Shown here piece by piece: positions 1 through 7,869 of a stretch of DNA of 64,000 nt (the first letter of the stretch is position 1; the number at the start of each line of letters is the position of its first letter). Location: assembly GCA_035281225.1 (NCBI GenBank), contig DATEEI010000123.1, forward strand, positions 99,631 through 163,630, given 5' to 3'. The DNA comes from Vicinamibacterales bacterium (lineage in GTDB: Bacteria; Acidobacteriota; Vicinamibacteria; Vicinamibacterales; JAMQPK01). Below the pieces are notes generated by a model. That model saw only the letters and a program-made list of their open reading frames with translations, was not told the DNA's origin and did no database searches. The translations under genes were made by a program, and so were the position numbers.

Positions 1-422
1 ATGGGTCCCGTTTTTCCAAAGGCGGCACCCGCGTACACGAGCGACGTTGCGACATGGAACGTCAGCAACCCTTTGCGCACCGGGCTCCGTTCGTTCTTCA
101 GGTTCGGGTGATGCGTGAGGATCTGCTCGCTGTATAGGTATTGAGCCCAGAACCCGGCGGACGACACAATGTATTCGCGCCTCGGCGACAAATCAGGCGC
201 ATGAGACAGGGCGAAGAACGGCATGCCTTTATAGTCGACCTTCTTGACGACGACCTTCTCATCGAACGCCCAGTTGGCGACGAGATGGCCCGACTCATGG
301 ATCGCCAGACCCGCCGCCCCGCCGAGAAGCACTCTACCGAACTTTGACGCTGCCGATTGTTGCTGTGCGAGGACAGGCGATGCGGTGAGAAGCAGGAGCA
401 TCGCAAGGAGTGCCAGGGTCAT
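1..422 (-). CDS. Secreted or membrane protein with an HExxH-like motif; 5' part only, the gene runs off the left edge
   Basis: Absent from the ORF track because no stop lies in the window. My reverse-strand translation from the ATG at 422-420 gives MTLALLAMLLLLTASPVLAQQ (signal-peptide-like) ... LAIHESGHLVANWAF. The ATG overlaps the TGA of the upstream gene (ATGA at 419-422). Confidence 0.45.
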   Translation of the reverse strand, partial: MTLALLAMLLLLTASPVLAQQQSAASKFGRVLLGGAAGLAIHESGHLVANWAFDEKVVVKKVDYKGMPFFALSHAPDLSPRREYIVSSAGFWAQYLYSEQILTHHPNLKNERSPVRKGLLTFHVATSLVYAGAAFGKTGP

Positions 423-1375
423 CCTCTCCACAGCACCCGCCCGAGCCTGGAGTGGTAGGGCGTGAATTCCCCCTCACCTTCTTCGGCGAGCGCTTGTCTC
501 ACCTGGTTGATCTTCGCGTCGAGATCGTCCGCAGCCGAGAGAATCATCGCTTCGATGGTCATCGGCTCGACGGGCGCACCAAATTCCTTCTGTCCATGAT
601 GCGAGACGATGAGATGCTCGATCTGCGTACGGAGCAGGTCGGGGAATTCAGGGATGGACATCATGGCCGCCCGCACCATCATCGTGCCGAGGGTGACGTG
701 TCCCACGAGATTCCCTTCGCGCGAATAGCTCGTAGAGCGGTCGTAGTCCAGCTCCTCGAGCTTACCGATGTCGTGAAGCAGCGCGCCGGCCGTCAGCAGA
801 TCCTGGTTAGCCCCATAGATTGTTCCGAGGGTCAGCGCCGAACGCGCGACCGACAGAATATGTTCCAAGAACCCGCTGCGATACGCGTGATGAACCGTTT
901 GCGCAGCTGGCCAGATCCGCAGTTTGTCTGCGTGCTCGGTCGCGAGCTTCTGGAGCAGCTCGCGTACGTGCGGATCGCGGACGTGCTGAATCAACTCCTG
1001 CAGCTCACCCCACATTTCCTCGATCGGACGCGCCGCGCACAGCACACAGTCTTCCTCGCGAAATCCTTGGGCCTTGTCCTGATCGGGATTGATCCGCCGA
1101 ATCTTTTCCACCAGGAGCTGAACCCTGCCGTTAAACAGGTCGGTCCGCCCTTGCACTTTGACGAACTCGCCGTTGTCGAATTCGTCACGCAGCCGAGCCG
1201 CATCGTTGAAGATGCGCGCTCTGACGAGACCGGTCTTGTCCTGAAGGGACAGCGAGATATAGAGATCGCCGCTGCGCCCCTGTCGAACGTCCTTCTGCGT
1301 GCAGAGGAAAAACCCCCAGCCGTTCAGATCTGGCGACAGCGCACGAATGAATGGAAAGCGACCGGGATTGCTCAT
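419..1375 (-). CDS. OB-fold plus HD-domain phosphohydrolase (YhaM-like 3'-5' exoribonuclease family)
   Basis: 318-aa ORF. The N-terminal part is OB-fold-like (YISLSLQDKTG...KVQGR). HD-domain motifs are present: LLHDIGK and IVSHHGQKEFGAP. Confidence 0.7.
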   Translation of the reverse strand: MSNPGRFPFIRALSPDLNGWGFFLCTQKDVRQGRSGDLYISLSLQDKTGLVRARIFNDAARLRDEFDNGEFVKVQGRTDLFNGRVQLLVEKIRRINPDQDKAQGFREEDCVLCAARPIEEMWGELQELIQHVRDPHVRELLQKLATEHADKLRIWPAAQTVHHAYRSGFLEHILSVARSALTLGTIYGANQDLLTAGALLHDIGKLEELDYDRSTSYSREGNLVGHVTLGTMMVRAAMMSIPEFPDLLRTQIEHLIVSHHGQKEFGAPVEPMTIEAMILSAADDLDAKINQVRQALAEEGEGEFTPYHSRLGRVLWRG

Positions 1376-1444
1376 GGATACGAGTCACCATCATAAGGCT
1401 TTCCGCCGCCACCCTGGCGCGACGGATGGCCGGACGGTGTACAA

Positions 1445-2047
1445 TTGAGGCTCACCGTGTCCACACGTGTATTGATTGCGCTTGCTCTGTGCGGGACACT
1501 CGCATGGGGCGCTTGCTCCAATGAAGCGGCGCCCGTCCAAGCACCGCAGGTGTCGGGCGCCGACACGGCGAGTGCAACGAAGGCGGCTGCGACGGTGGTG
1601 GAGCCTGACTATCCCCAGCCCGCGGTCATCATTCCACCCCGGCCGAAGCCCGGCGCGCCGCACGGACCTGGGTTCGACATGCCACTCATTGAGCTCGGCG
1701 GCTACACGCCGTCGCGTCCCATGGAGGCGTTGCGTGACGCGCACACGTTTACGGCCGACCATCCGGAAGTGGCGAGCTATGTGCCGTGTTACTGCGGATG
1801 CGGCAACGCCGGCCACAAGAACAACGCCGATTGCTTTGTAAAGGGCCGAGACGCGCAGGGGCGCGTGACAGAGTGGGAACCCCACGGCGTGGCGTGCGCG
1901 GTTTGCATCGACATCGCCGTGGAGTCGATGAAGATGCGGAACTCGGGCGCGTCGGTTACGGCGATCCGCAAGAAGATCCAGAACGACTACCGGCCGAAGT
2001 TCCCAAGCACGGAAACGCCGACACCAGCCCCGCCGCCGGGTAAGTAG
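1445..2047 (+). CDS. PCYCGC-motif lipoprotein
   Basis: The signal peptide has a lipobox (LAWGAC). It carries the literal VPCYCGCGNAGH motif plus a later CAVC. Its stop lies 2 nt before the kinase start. Confidence 0.7.
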   Translation: MRLTVSTRVLIALALCGTLAWGACSNEAAPVQAPQVSGADTASATKAAATVVEPDYPQPAVIIPPRPKPGAPHGPGFDMPLIELGGYTPSRPMEALRDAHTFTADHPEVASYVPCYCGCGNAGHKNNADCFVKGRDAQGRVTEWEPHGVACAVCIDIAVESMKMRNSGASVTAIRKKIQNDYRPKFPSTETPTPAPPPGK

Positions 2048-2049
2048 CA

Positions 2050-3582
2050 TTGCCCGATAACCGCGCCGACGCCTTCGCACGGCTGTTCGAGGCGGTTCAT
2101 GAAGGCGTCTACATCGGGCTTCTCGGACCGCGGGAGACCACCACTACTCTCGCGGCGAATCCCCATCTCAAATTGATGTTCGGCTACGCTGCCGAAGCGG
2201 GCGACGCGCAGATCCGGCCATTCGACGGCTCCCGCTTCATCGATCCGACGGCTCGCGCTGCGTTCGTCAACCGGCTCAGCACCGAGGGCGCCGTTACAGA
2301 CTATCTGCTTCGCCTGCGGAGGGTCGACAACTCGCCGGTGTGGGTTGAAGTGACGGCACATTCAGACGCGCCGGACGCAGATGGATCGGTCCGCATCGAC
2401 GCGCTGGTGCGCGACGTCAGCGAGCGCAAAAAGCTCGAGGATCAGACGCGCGAGCTGTACCACCAGCTTCTGCAGGCCGAGAAGCTGGCCGCGCTCGGCC
2501 AGACGATCTCGGGCGTCGCACACGAGTTGAACAACCCGCTCGCCACCATTCTCACGTGGGCCGAACGGCTGTCGCAGCGTCCGCCCGGGGAGATTGATGA
2601 GAAGACGAAGCGGGGCATCGAGACGATCCTGAGCGAATCGGAACGGGCCGCAAAGATCGTCCGCAATCTGCTGACCTTCGCTCGAAAGCGGCAATCAACC
2701 CGCACGATGGTCGATCTCAACCACGTAGTCCGCGAAACCCTGGCGCTGCGCTCCTACGAGCAACGCATCACCAACATCGCCATCGTCGATGCCCTGGCAG
2801 CAGGCTTGCCCCAGGTATTTGCAGACGCTCACCAGGTGCAGCAGGTGCTACTGAACCTCATCATCAACGCCGAACAGGCGATGCTAACGGCCAACGGCCG
2901 CGGCACTCTGGTCATGCGCAGCTGGCACGACGTCGATCGCGAGGCCATCGTCCTCGAAATCAACGATGACGGCCCTGGCATTGCGCCGGAACTGCAGCCG
3001 AAGATCTTCGATCCCTTCTTCACGACGAAGGAAGTCGGCAAGGGCACCGGGCTCGGTCTCACGGTTGCGTACGCAATCGTTCAGGAACATGGTGGGCGCA
3101 TCCGGCTGACCTCGAATGCGGGGGCGGGTGCCTCGTTCTACGTGGAGCTTCCGGTGAGCGGTACGCCTTTGCAACGGCCAGCCACGACGTCCCAGAAGGC
3201 CGACTTCGAATCGTTGGTCGGCTCGACTGTTCTGGTTGTTGAAGATGAACCGGCGCTGGCGGCTGCGGTGAGCGAGGCGTTGACTGACACCGGGTTCGTC
3301 GTCGATCGCGCAGGAGACGGTGAGGAAGCACTCCGCCGCGTCAGCGCAAAATCCTATGACTTGATCGTTTGCGATTTGAAGATGCCTAAGGTCGACGGTA
3401 TTCGCTTCTATCAGAGACTGTCCGCGTCAAACCCAGACTTGGCGCGGCGTGTCATCTTCGTCACCGGCGATGTCGCCGGCACGGAGGCCGAACGGTTCCT
3501 GCAGGAAAGCGGCTGCCGCTGGCTGGCAAAGCCGTTCAGGCTTGGGGACCTTCTCCGCACCGCCCGCGAAATTCTCGCGTAG
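2050..3582 (+). CDS. Soluble hybrid sensor histidine kinase (PAS - HisKA - HATPase - REC)
   Basis: H-box SGVAHELNNPLATI. N, G1 and G2 boxes (LNLIINAEQA, NDDGPGI, GKGTGLGL). C-terminal receiver (VLVVEDE ... LIVCDLKMPKVDG ... AKPF). No hydrophobic N-terminal segment. TTG start. Confidence 0.85.
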   Translation: MPDNRADAFARLFEAVHEGVYIGLLGPRETTTTLAANPHLKLMFGYAAEAGDAQIRPFDGSRFIDPTARAAFVNRLSTEGAVTDYLLRLRRVDNSPVWVEVTAHSDAPDADGSVRIDALVRDVSERKKLEDQTRELYHQLLQAEKLAALGQTISGVAHELNNPLATILTWAERLSQRPPGEIDEKTKRGIETILSESERAAKIVRNLLTFARKRQSTRTMVDLNHVVRETLALRSYEQRITNIAIVDALAAGLPQVFADAHQVQQVLLNLIINAEQAMLTANGRGTLVMRSWHDVDREAIVLEINDDGPGIAPELQPKIFDPFFTTKEVGKGTGLGLTVAYAIVQEHGGRIRLTSNAGAGASFYVELPVSGTPLQRPATTSQKADFESLVGSTVLVVEDEPALAAAVSEALTDTGFVVDRAGDGEEALRRVSAKSYDLIVCDLKMPKVDGIRFYQRLSASNPDLARRVIFVTGDVAGTEAERFLQESGCRWLAKPFRLGDLLRTAREILA

Positions 3583-3592
3583 AAATAGAAAA

Positions 3593-3613
3593 CCCGGCGA
3601 CATGCGCGCCGGG
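3593..3613 (-). terminator. Putative intrinsic terminator downstream of the sigma-factor gene
   Basis: GC hairpin CCCGGCG-N7-CGCCGGG, followed on the minus strand by TTTTCTATTTCT. It lies about 50 nt past the sigma gene stop and between convergent genes. Confidence 0.45.
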
Positions 3614-3663
3614 CTTCCTCCGAACGACGATCGACCGTTGTCTATTGACCATCGACCACTTGG

Positions 3664-4584
3664 CTATCGCGCGACGGCGACTGCCACTCGATCCGATGGA
3701 AGCGAACGTGCTGCCACGTATGGTCTCTTCGACAGATTCGGCTTGATGTTGACCACCACACCCGGACCCTGCGGAGCCCCCACAGCCCGCTGCGGGAGTT
3801 GTGCCTTCGCCATGACCGGTTTCTGATGGAATGCGAGGACGGCGGTCTTGAGCGCGTTCATCGCCTCAGCCGGCGCCATGTCAGCCAGAACCACGCGGAG
3901 TCTCTTGATGGCGCGTGCATGAAGCTGTGAAACACGCGATTCGTTGACGCCGATCTCGGCGCCAATCTGCTTCATCGTCACGTCGCCGTAGTAGTAGAGG
4001 GAGATCACTTTCTGCTCGCGCGCTGGCAACGATTCGATCGCTGCGCGAACCTTGGCCTCCAGCTCACCGCGCTCGTAGGCGGCATCGGGTGACTCAGGCT
4101 CTGAGGGCACAAGCGCGGTCGGCAAGCAGGCTTCATCGACCGTCTCGCTCGTCGCTAAGGGTGATGTGGATTCGATGGTATGAATGCGGACAATCGTTCG
4201 GCCCAGCCGTTTTTCGTCGGTGCCGACCTTTGCGGCCAAGTCGGCCAGGGAGGGCTCGTGCCCAAGCTCACGGCGCAGCACTTCCCGCGCGGCCTCGAGC
4301 TCGCGTCTGACCCGACGCACGCCGCGCGGCCATGCGTCGCGGCGAAGCGCGTCGATCATCGCGCCACGGATGCGGCGCTCGGCAAAGGTTTCGAACTTGA
4401 TACCGCGCGACTCATCAAAGCGGTGCGCGGCATCGATCAACCCGATGACGCCATCCTGCACCAAATCCCCCACATCGATGGAATGGGGCATCGTCGATGC
4501 CATGCGACGGGCGAGCGCTTCGACAAACGGTATTCCGTTAACGATGCGACGGCTCTGAGCGGCGGGCATTGATTGGGCGCGCAT
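3664..4584 (-). CDS. fliA: FliA/WhiG-type (sigma-28 family) RNA polymerase sigma factor with a ~73-aa C-terminal extension
   Basis: Region 2: DLVQDGVIGLIDAAHRFDESRGIKFETFAERRIRGAMIDALR. Region 4.2 HTH: MKQIGAEIGVNESRVSQLHARAIKRL. Start chosen at the internal ATG (4584) preceded by AGGAG; the longer 344-aa ORF start has no support. Confidence 0.8.
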   Translation of the reverse strand: MRAQSMPAAQSRRIVNGIPFVEALARRMASTMPHSIDVGDLVQDGVIGLIDAAHRFDESRGIKFETFAERRIRGAMIDALRRDAWPRGVRRVRRELEAAREVLRRELGHEPSLADLAAKVGTDEKRLGRTIVRIHTIESTSPLATSETVDEACLPTALVPSEPESPDAAYERGELEAKVRAAIESLPAREQKVISLYYYGDVTMKQIGAEIGVNESRVSQLHARAIKRLRVVLADMAPAEAMNALKTAVLAFHQKPVMAKAQLPQRAVGAPQGPGVVVNIKPNLSKRPYVAARSLPSDRVAVAVAR

Positions 4585-4973
4585 TTCTTTTTGGCTCCTG
4601 TTAAGCGCCGGGGTTGTCCGGCGACGGCAGCCTCTATCGCAACTTGGGTACCAGAATCGATACAAGGGAGACGCAATCGACACTGCCGGTAGAGCCAATC
4701 CTATTAAATCTCTAATTTGCAGATACTTAGAGTAAATATGACTGGAGCGAAGGAAGGGAAAACTGGCTCATGTACCGCCCGTACGTTGCCAATTATTTGA
4801 CGAAGCGAGCCGAATTCGTCAAATTAGTGGCGAATTACGATCACAATTTTGGGTGTCGAAAGTTGCAATTCTGCACAGTCCAAATTTCAAAAACAGTGTG
4901 AGGTCGATGTAACTGGCAGAAAGAAGAGGGGATGACCATCTGCCTTCGGCAGTGTCAATTTGGAGCAGGGTTC

Positions 4974-5228
4974 TCAGTTTGGAGCAGTCGGTTTCATCTG
5001 CATCCTGATCTCCTTCGCGGTGCCCATCGCGTCGAGGACGCTGCTCACGACCTGCGTGGCGCGAGAGCGGCTCGTTTCGTCGGCAGCCTTCTTCTCCAGC
5101 AGCTCCGCGTGCGCGAGGATGATGCCAAGCTGGTTGTTCAACCGGTGAAAAAGGCTGGAAAGTTCCGGCGGTTGTCCCATTGCGCCCCGCTCGAGCAAAT
5201 CCGCGACTGAGTACGACAGTCTATCCAT
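4974..5228 (-). CDS. 84-aa stand-alone DHp-like (histidine kinase dimerisation/phosphoacceptor-like) protein
   Basis: The internal ATG at 5228 is preceded by GGAG. The sequence LSSLFHRLNNQLGIILAHAELL resembles the AHDFNNLL...ELL H-box of HisKA domains. There is no ATPase domain. Confidence 0.55.
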   Translation of the reverse strand: MDRLSYSVADLLERGAMGQPPELSSLFHRLNNQLGIILAHAELLEKKAADETSRSRATQVVSSVLDAMGTAKEIRMQMKPTAPN

Positions 5229-5265
5229 TTTATCTCCGCCGACTTGACGAGGGACGCACCGATCG

Positions 5266-5463
5266 TCAGTGCTGAATCGGAACGCTCTGCTGGAGACTCT
5301 GAGGCGCTCTCCACAGCGAATCTGCGAAGATGCGGACCGAGCCACCGGCGGTACGCACATACTCCACCTTCCCGCCCGCCATCCAGTTGTAGATTGTGCG
5401 ACGGCTTACACCTACGACTTGGCACGCCTTCATGATCGAGATCGTCTGTCTGTCAATGTCCAC
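5266..5463 (-). CDS. Excisionase/MerR-superfamily helix-turn-helix DNA-binding protein (65 aa)
   Basis: SIMKACQVVGVSRRTIYNWMAGGKVEYVRTAGGSVRI is a typical HTH_17-type motif. The gene lies 37 nt upstream of the DHp-like gene on the same strand. Confidence 0.65.
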   Translation of the reverse strand: MDIDRQTISIMKACQVVGVSRRTIYNWMAGGKVEYVRTAGGSVRIFADSLWRAPQSLQQSVPIQH

Positions 5464-5560
5464 TGTCGTTCCTCCTCGAAACCCCTATCGGAACACGGTT
5501 TCCAACTCTATAGGGTTGCTTCTCCTACATGACTTGTGTCAAAGTATTGACGCTTCTTAA

Positions 5561-6958
5561 ATGCCTGAAATAACTAAACATCTGCTCCTCGTCGAGGACG
5601 AGGCGCCGCTACGGGAAGTCCTCGCCGAACGCCTTGCCGAGCATGGATTCGAGGTGGAGCAGGCTGACACCGGTGAGCGCGCAATCGAGCAGCTGGCAGA
5701 ATTTGCCTTCGACATTGTTATCACCGATCTCCGATTGCCAGGCCTCGACGGTACGCGTGTCCTCGAAACCGCCCTGCTCCGCTATCCAGACATCATCGGC
5801 ATCATCGTCACCGGCTACGGCACAGTGAAGGATGCGGTCGAGGCGATTAAGCACGGTGCCACCGACTTCGTCACAAAGCCCTTTCAGTTTGACGAGTTAC
5901 TGCACGCGCTCAACGCCGCGCTCGAGCAGCGTCGTCTCAAGGCCGAGAATGCCTACCTGCGATCGCAGTTGCATGAGCGTAATCGCTTCGAAGGTCTCAT
6001 CGGCCGCAGCCAGGCGATGCGTGACCTCTTTCAGCTTCTGGAGACGGTCTCGGCGTCGGCGAGCACGATCCTAGTAAGCGGCGAGACGGGCACCGGCAAA
6101 GAGGTTGTGGCGCGAGCCATTCATCACAACAGTCCACGACGCGCGCAGCGGTTCGTGGCGCTCAATTGCGGCGCGATTCCCGAAACTCTTCTTGAAGCCG
6201 AGCTGTTCGGTCACGTACGCGGGGCCTTCACTGGCGCGATCGGCACACGGCAAGGCCGGCTCGAGCAGGCGAACAAAGGCACGCTCTTTCTCGACGAAGT
6301 CGGGACGATGAGTCCAGGGATGCAGATGAAGCTGCTCCGTGTACTTCAGGAACGTGAGTTCGAGAGGATCGGCGACACGCACACGATCAAAGTCGATGTC
6401 CGTGTGATTGCAGCAACCAACAGCGATCTTCAGAAGATGGTCGCCGAGGGAACGTTCCGCGAGGATCTGTTCTATCGCCTGAACATCATTCCCATTCTGC
6501 TTCCTCCCCTGCGCGATCGTAAGGAGGACATTCCGCTTCTCGTGCAGCACTTCCTGAAGAAATTTGCGGACCAGGATTCCAGTCGGACTCACGAGTTCAC
6601 TATCTCCCAGCAGGCGATGCGATGCCTGATGGCCTACTCGTGGCCGGGTAACGTACGGCAGCTCGAGAACGCGATGGAGCGTGCGGTCGCGCTGAGCGGA
6701 GGACGTACACAGATCGAGGCCGGCGATCTGACGCTCGACATCCAGCAGGCGTCACAGGTGGTGGCGGCGCCGGATCTGAACCTTCCTGAGGGCGGGATCG
6801 ATTTCGACGGTTATGTCAGCCAGATCGAGCATCAGCTGATCCGCCGTGCGCTCGAGAAAACCGGCGGGAACAAGGGGCAAGCATCGAAGCTGTTGAACCT
6901 CAAGCGTACGACGCTGGTGGAGAAGCTGAAAAGGCTGGAGCCTCGCGCCGGCTCGTAG
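5561..6958 (+). CDS. Sigma-54-dependent response regulator (NtrC family: REC - AAA+ - Fis-type HTH)
   Basis: Receiver (LLVEDE ... VITDLRLPGLDG ... TKPF). Walker A GETGTGKE. The GAFTGA loop is present literally. C-terminal HTH GNKGQASKLLNLKRTTLVEKLK. Confidence 0.9.
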   Translation: MPEITKHLLLVEDEAPLREVLAERLAEHGFEVEQADTGERAIEQLAEFAFDIVITDLRLPGLDGTRVLETALLRYPDIIGIIVTGYGTVKDAVEAIKHGATDFVTKPFQFDELLHALNAALEQRRLKAENAYLRSQLHERNRFEGLIGRSQAMRDLFQLLETVSASASTILVSGETGTGKEVVARAIHHNSPRRAQRFVALNCGAIPETLLEAELFGHVRGAFTGAIGTRQGRLEQANKGTLFLDEVGTMSPGMQMKLLRVLQEREFERIGDTHTIKVDVRVIAATNSDLQKMVAEGTFREDLFYRLNIIPILLPPLRDRKEDIPLLVQHFLKKFADQDSSRTHEFTISQQAMRCLMAYSWPGNVRQLENAMERAVALSGGRTQIEAGDLTLDIQQASQVVAAPDLNLPEGGIDFDGYVSQIEHQLIRRALEKTGGNKGQASKLLNLKRTTLVEKLKRLEPRAGS

Positions 6959-6970
6959 GCCACCACCACC

Positions 6971-7309
6971 ATGGTCCTCCACGTCGTCCTATTTCGACCC
7001 AAAAGTGATGTGAGCGACCTCGATCGGCGAGCGATGTTCGATGCACTCACCGTCGCCGCGCGGGAGATTCCGTCCGTCCGTCGGTTCCACATCGGCAACC
7101 GCGTCTTGCACGGTGCCGCGTACGAGCAGCAGATGACTCAGGATTTCCCCTTCGTCGCCCTCGTTGAGTTCGACGATCTCGCGGGGCTGCAGGCGTACCT
7201 TCAACACCCCAAACATCAGAAACTGGGTGCGTTGTTTTATCAATTGCAGGAAGCTGCTCTCGCCTATGACTACGAAGTCGGAGCAGTGGGAAGTAACTAC
7301 TTGCGGTAG
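6971..7309 (+). CDS. Dabb (stress-responsive dimeric alpha/beta barrel) family protein
   Basis: 112 aa. Starts MVLHVVLFRPK and contains VALVEFDDLAGLQAYLQHPKH, typical of Dabb. It lies 12 nt after the NtrC-type gene. Confidence 0.65.
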   Translation: MVLHVVLFRPKSDVSDLDRRAMFDALTVAAREIPSVRRFHIGNRVLHGAAYEQQMTQDFPFVALVEFDDLAGLQAYLQHPKHQKLGALFYQLQEAALAYDYEVGAVGSNYLR

Positions 7310-7869
7310 TCGATGCTCGTGTTGGGTTTACCAGATTTGGTGGTATCAAACGAGACACGGATGAGGGCCCCGGACGCATACTCTTCCCATTTGTCGATGC
7401 GTCCATCCCCATCTGTATCCACCTCCGCACGGCTCAACTCGCCCTTGAGATAGAACTCGGTTCTGTCCACCTTGCCGTTCCTTTTAGTGGAGATCTCTAT
7501 TCGGGCTACCGACCCGTCCGGACCCTGATACACCCAAGAGTCCTGCTTTCCATCATTTGCCCTAGAAAGACCGACTTTCTGGAGTTGTCGATCGTCAGCG
7601 TAATATTCCCAACGGTCGATACGTCCATCTTCATCCTTATCGATTTCGATCCTGAGAAACTTCGTTCCATCCATATAGCTGAAAATGTTTGGCTTACCAT
7701 CCTTTCTCGCATCAACGGTCAATTGACTTAATTTTCCTGTCTGTTTGTCATAGACCGCCTCCACACGCTGATCTTGAGGCTTAGGCCGACAGGTTGTCAG
7801 GCTTAATACGCTCGCGGCAACAGCCAAAACCCTGAAGAAAGCGCGTGAGATAGGTCTATAGACCGACAT
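7297..7869 (-). CDS. Lipoprotein with repeated DxDxDG-type (calcium-loop-like) hairpin motifs
   Basis: Lipobox LSLTTC. Repeats include DKDEDGRIDRWEYY, DTDGDGRIDKWEEY, ARKDGKPNIFSYM, ANDGKQDSWVYQ and KRNGKVDRTEFY. Confidence 0.65.
   Translation of the reverse strand: MSVYRPISRAFFRVLAVAASVLSLTTCRPKPQDQRVEAVYDKQTGKLSQLTVDARKDGKPNIFSYMDGTKFLRIEIDKDEDGRIDRWEYYADDRQLQKVGLSRANDGKQDSWVYQGPDGSVARIEISTKRNGKVDRTEFYLKGELSRAEVDTDGDGRIDKWEEYASGALIRVSFDTTKSGKPNTSIDYRK

Noticed and set aside
98-465. Track ORFs at 98-406 (minus strand), 141-347 and 244-465 (plus strand).
   Set aside because: They are off-frame shadows of the edge-truncated minus-strand gene (1-422), whose own frame gives a clean signal peptide and an HESGH motif.
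5266-5463. The excisionase-family HTH as a marker of a prophage or integrative element.
   Set aside because: No integrase, recombinase, att-like direct repeats, tRNA target or phage genes occur anywhere in the window. The neighbours are two-component and sigma-factor genes, so it is more likely a small regulator.
5464-5560. Sigma-54 promoters (TGGCAC-N5-TTGCA) near the NtrC-type activator and upstream of the che operon (21942-22143) and fliA (4585-4973).
   Set aside because: Candidate strings such as TGGCTCATGTACCGC (about 4763), TTGCACAGTTTTGCAC (minus strand, about 22000) and TGGACTGTGCAGAATTGCA (minus strand, about 4880) have wrong GG/GC spacing, lack the GG, or point at no gene. I cannot support a call without a scoring matrix.
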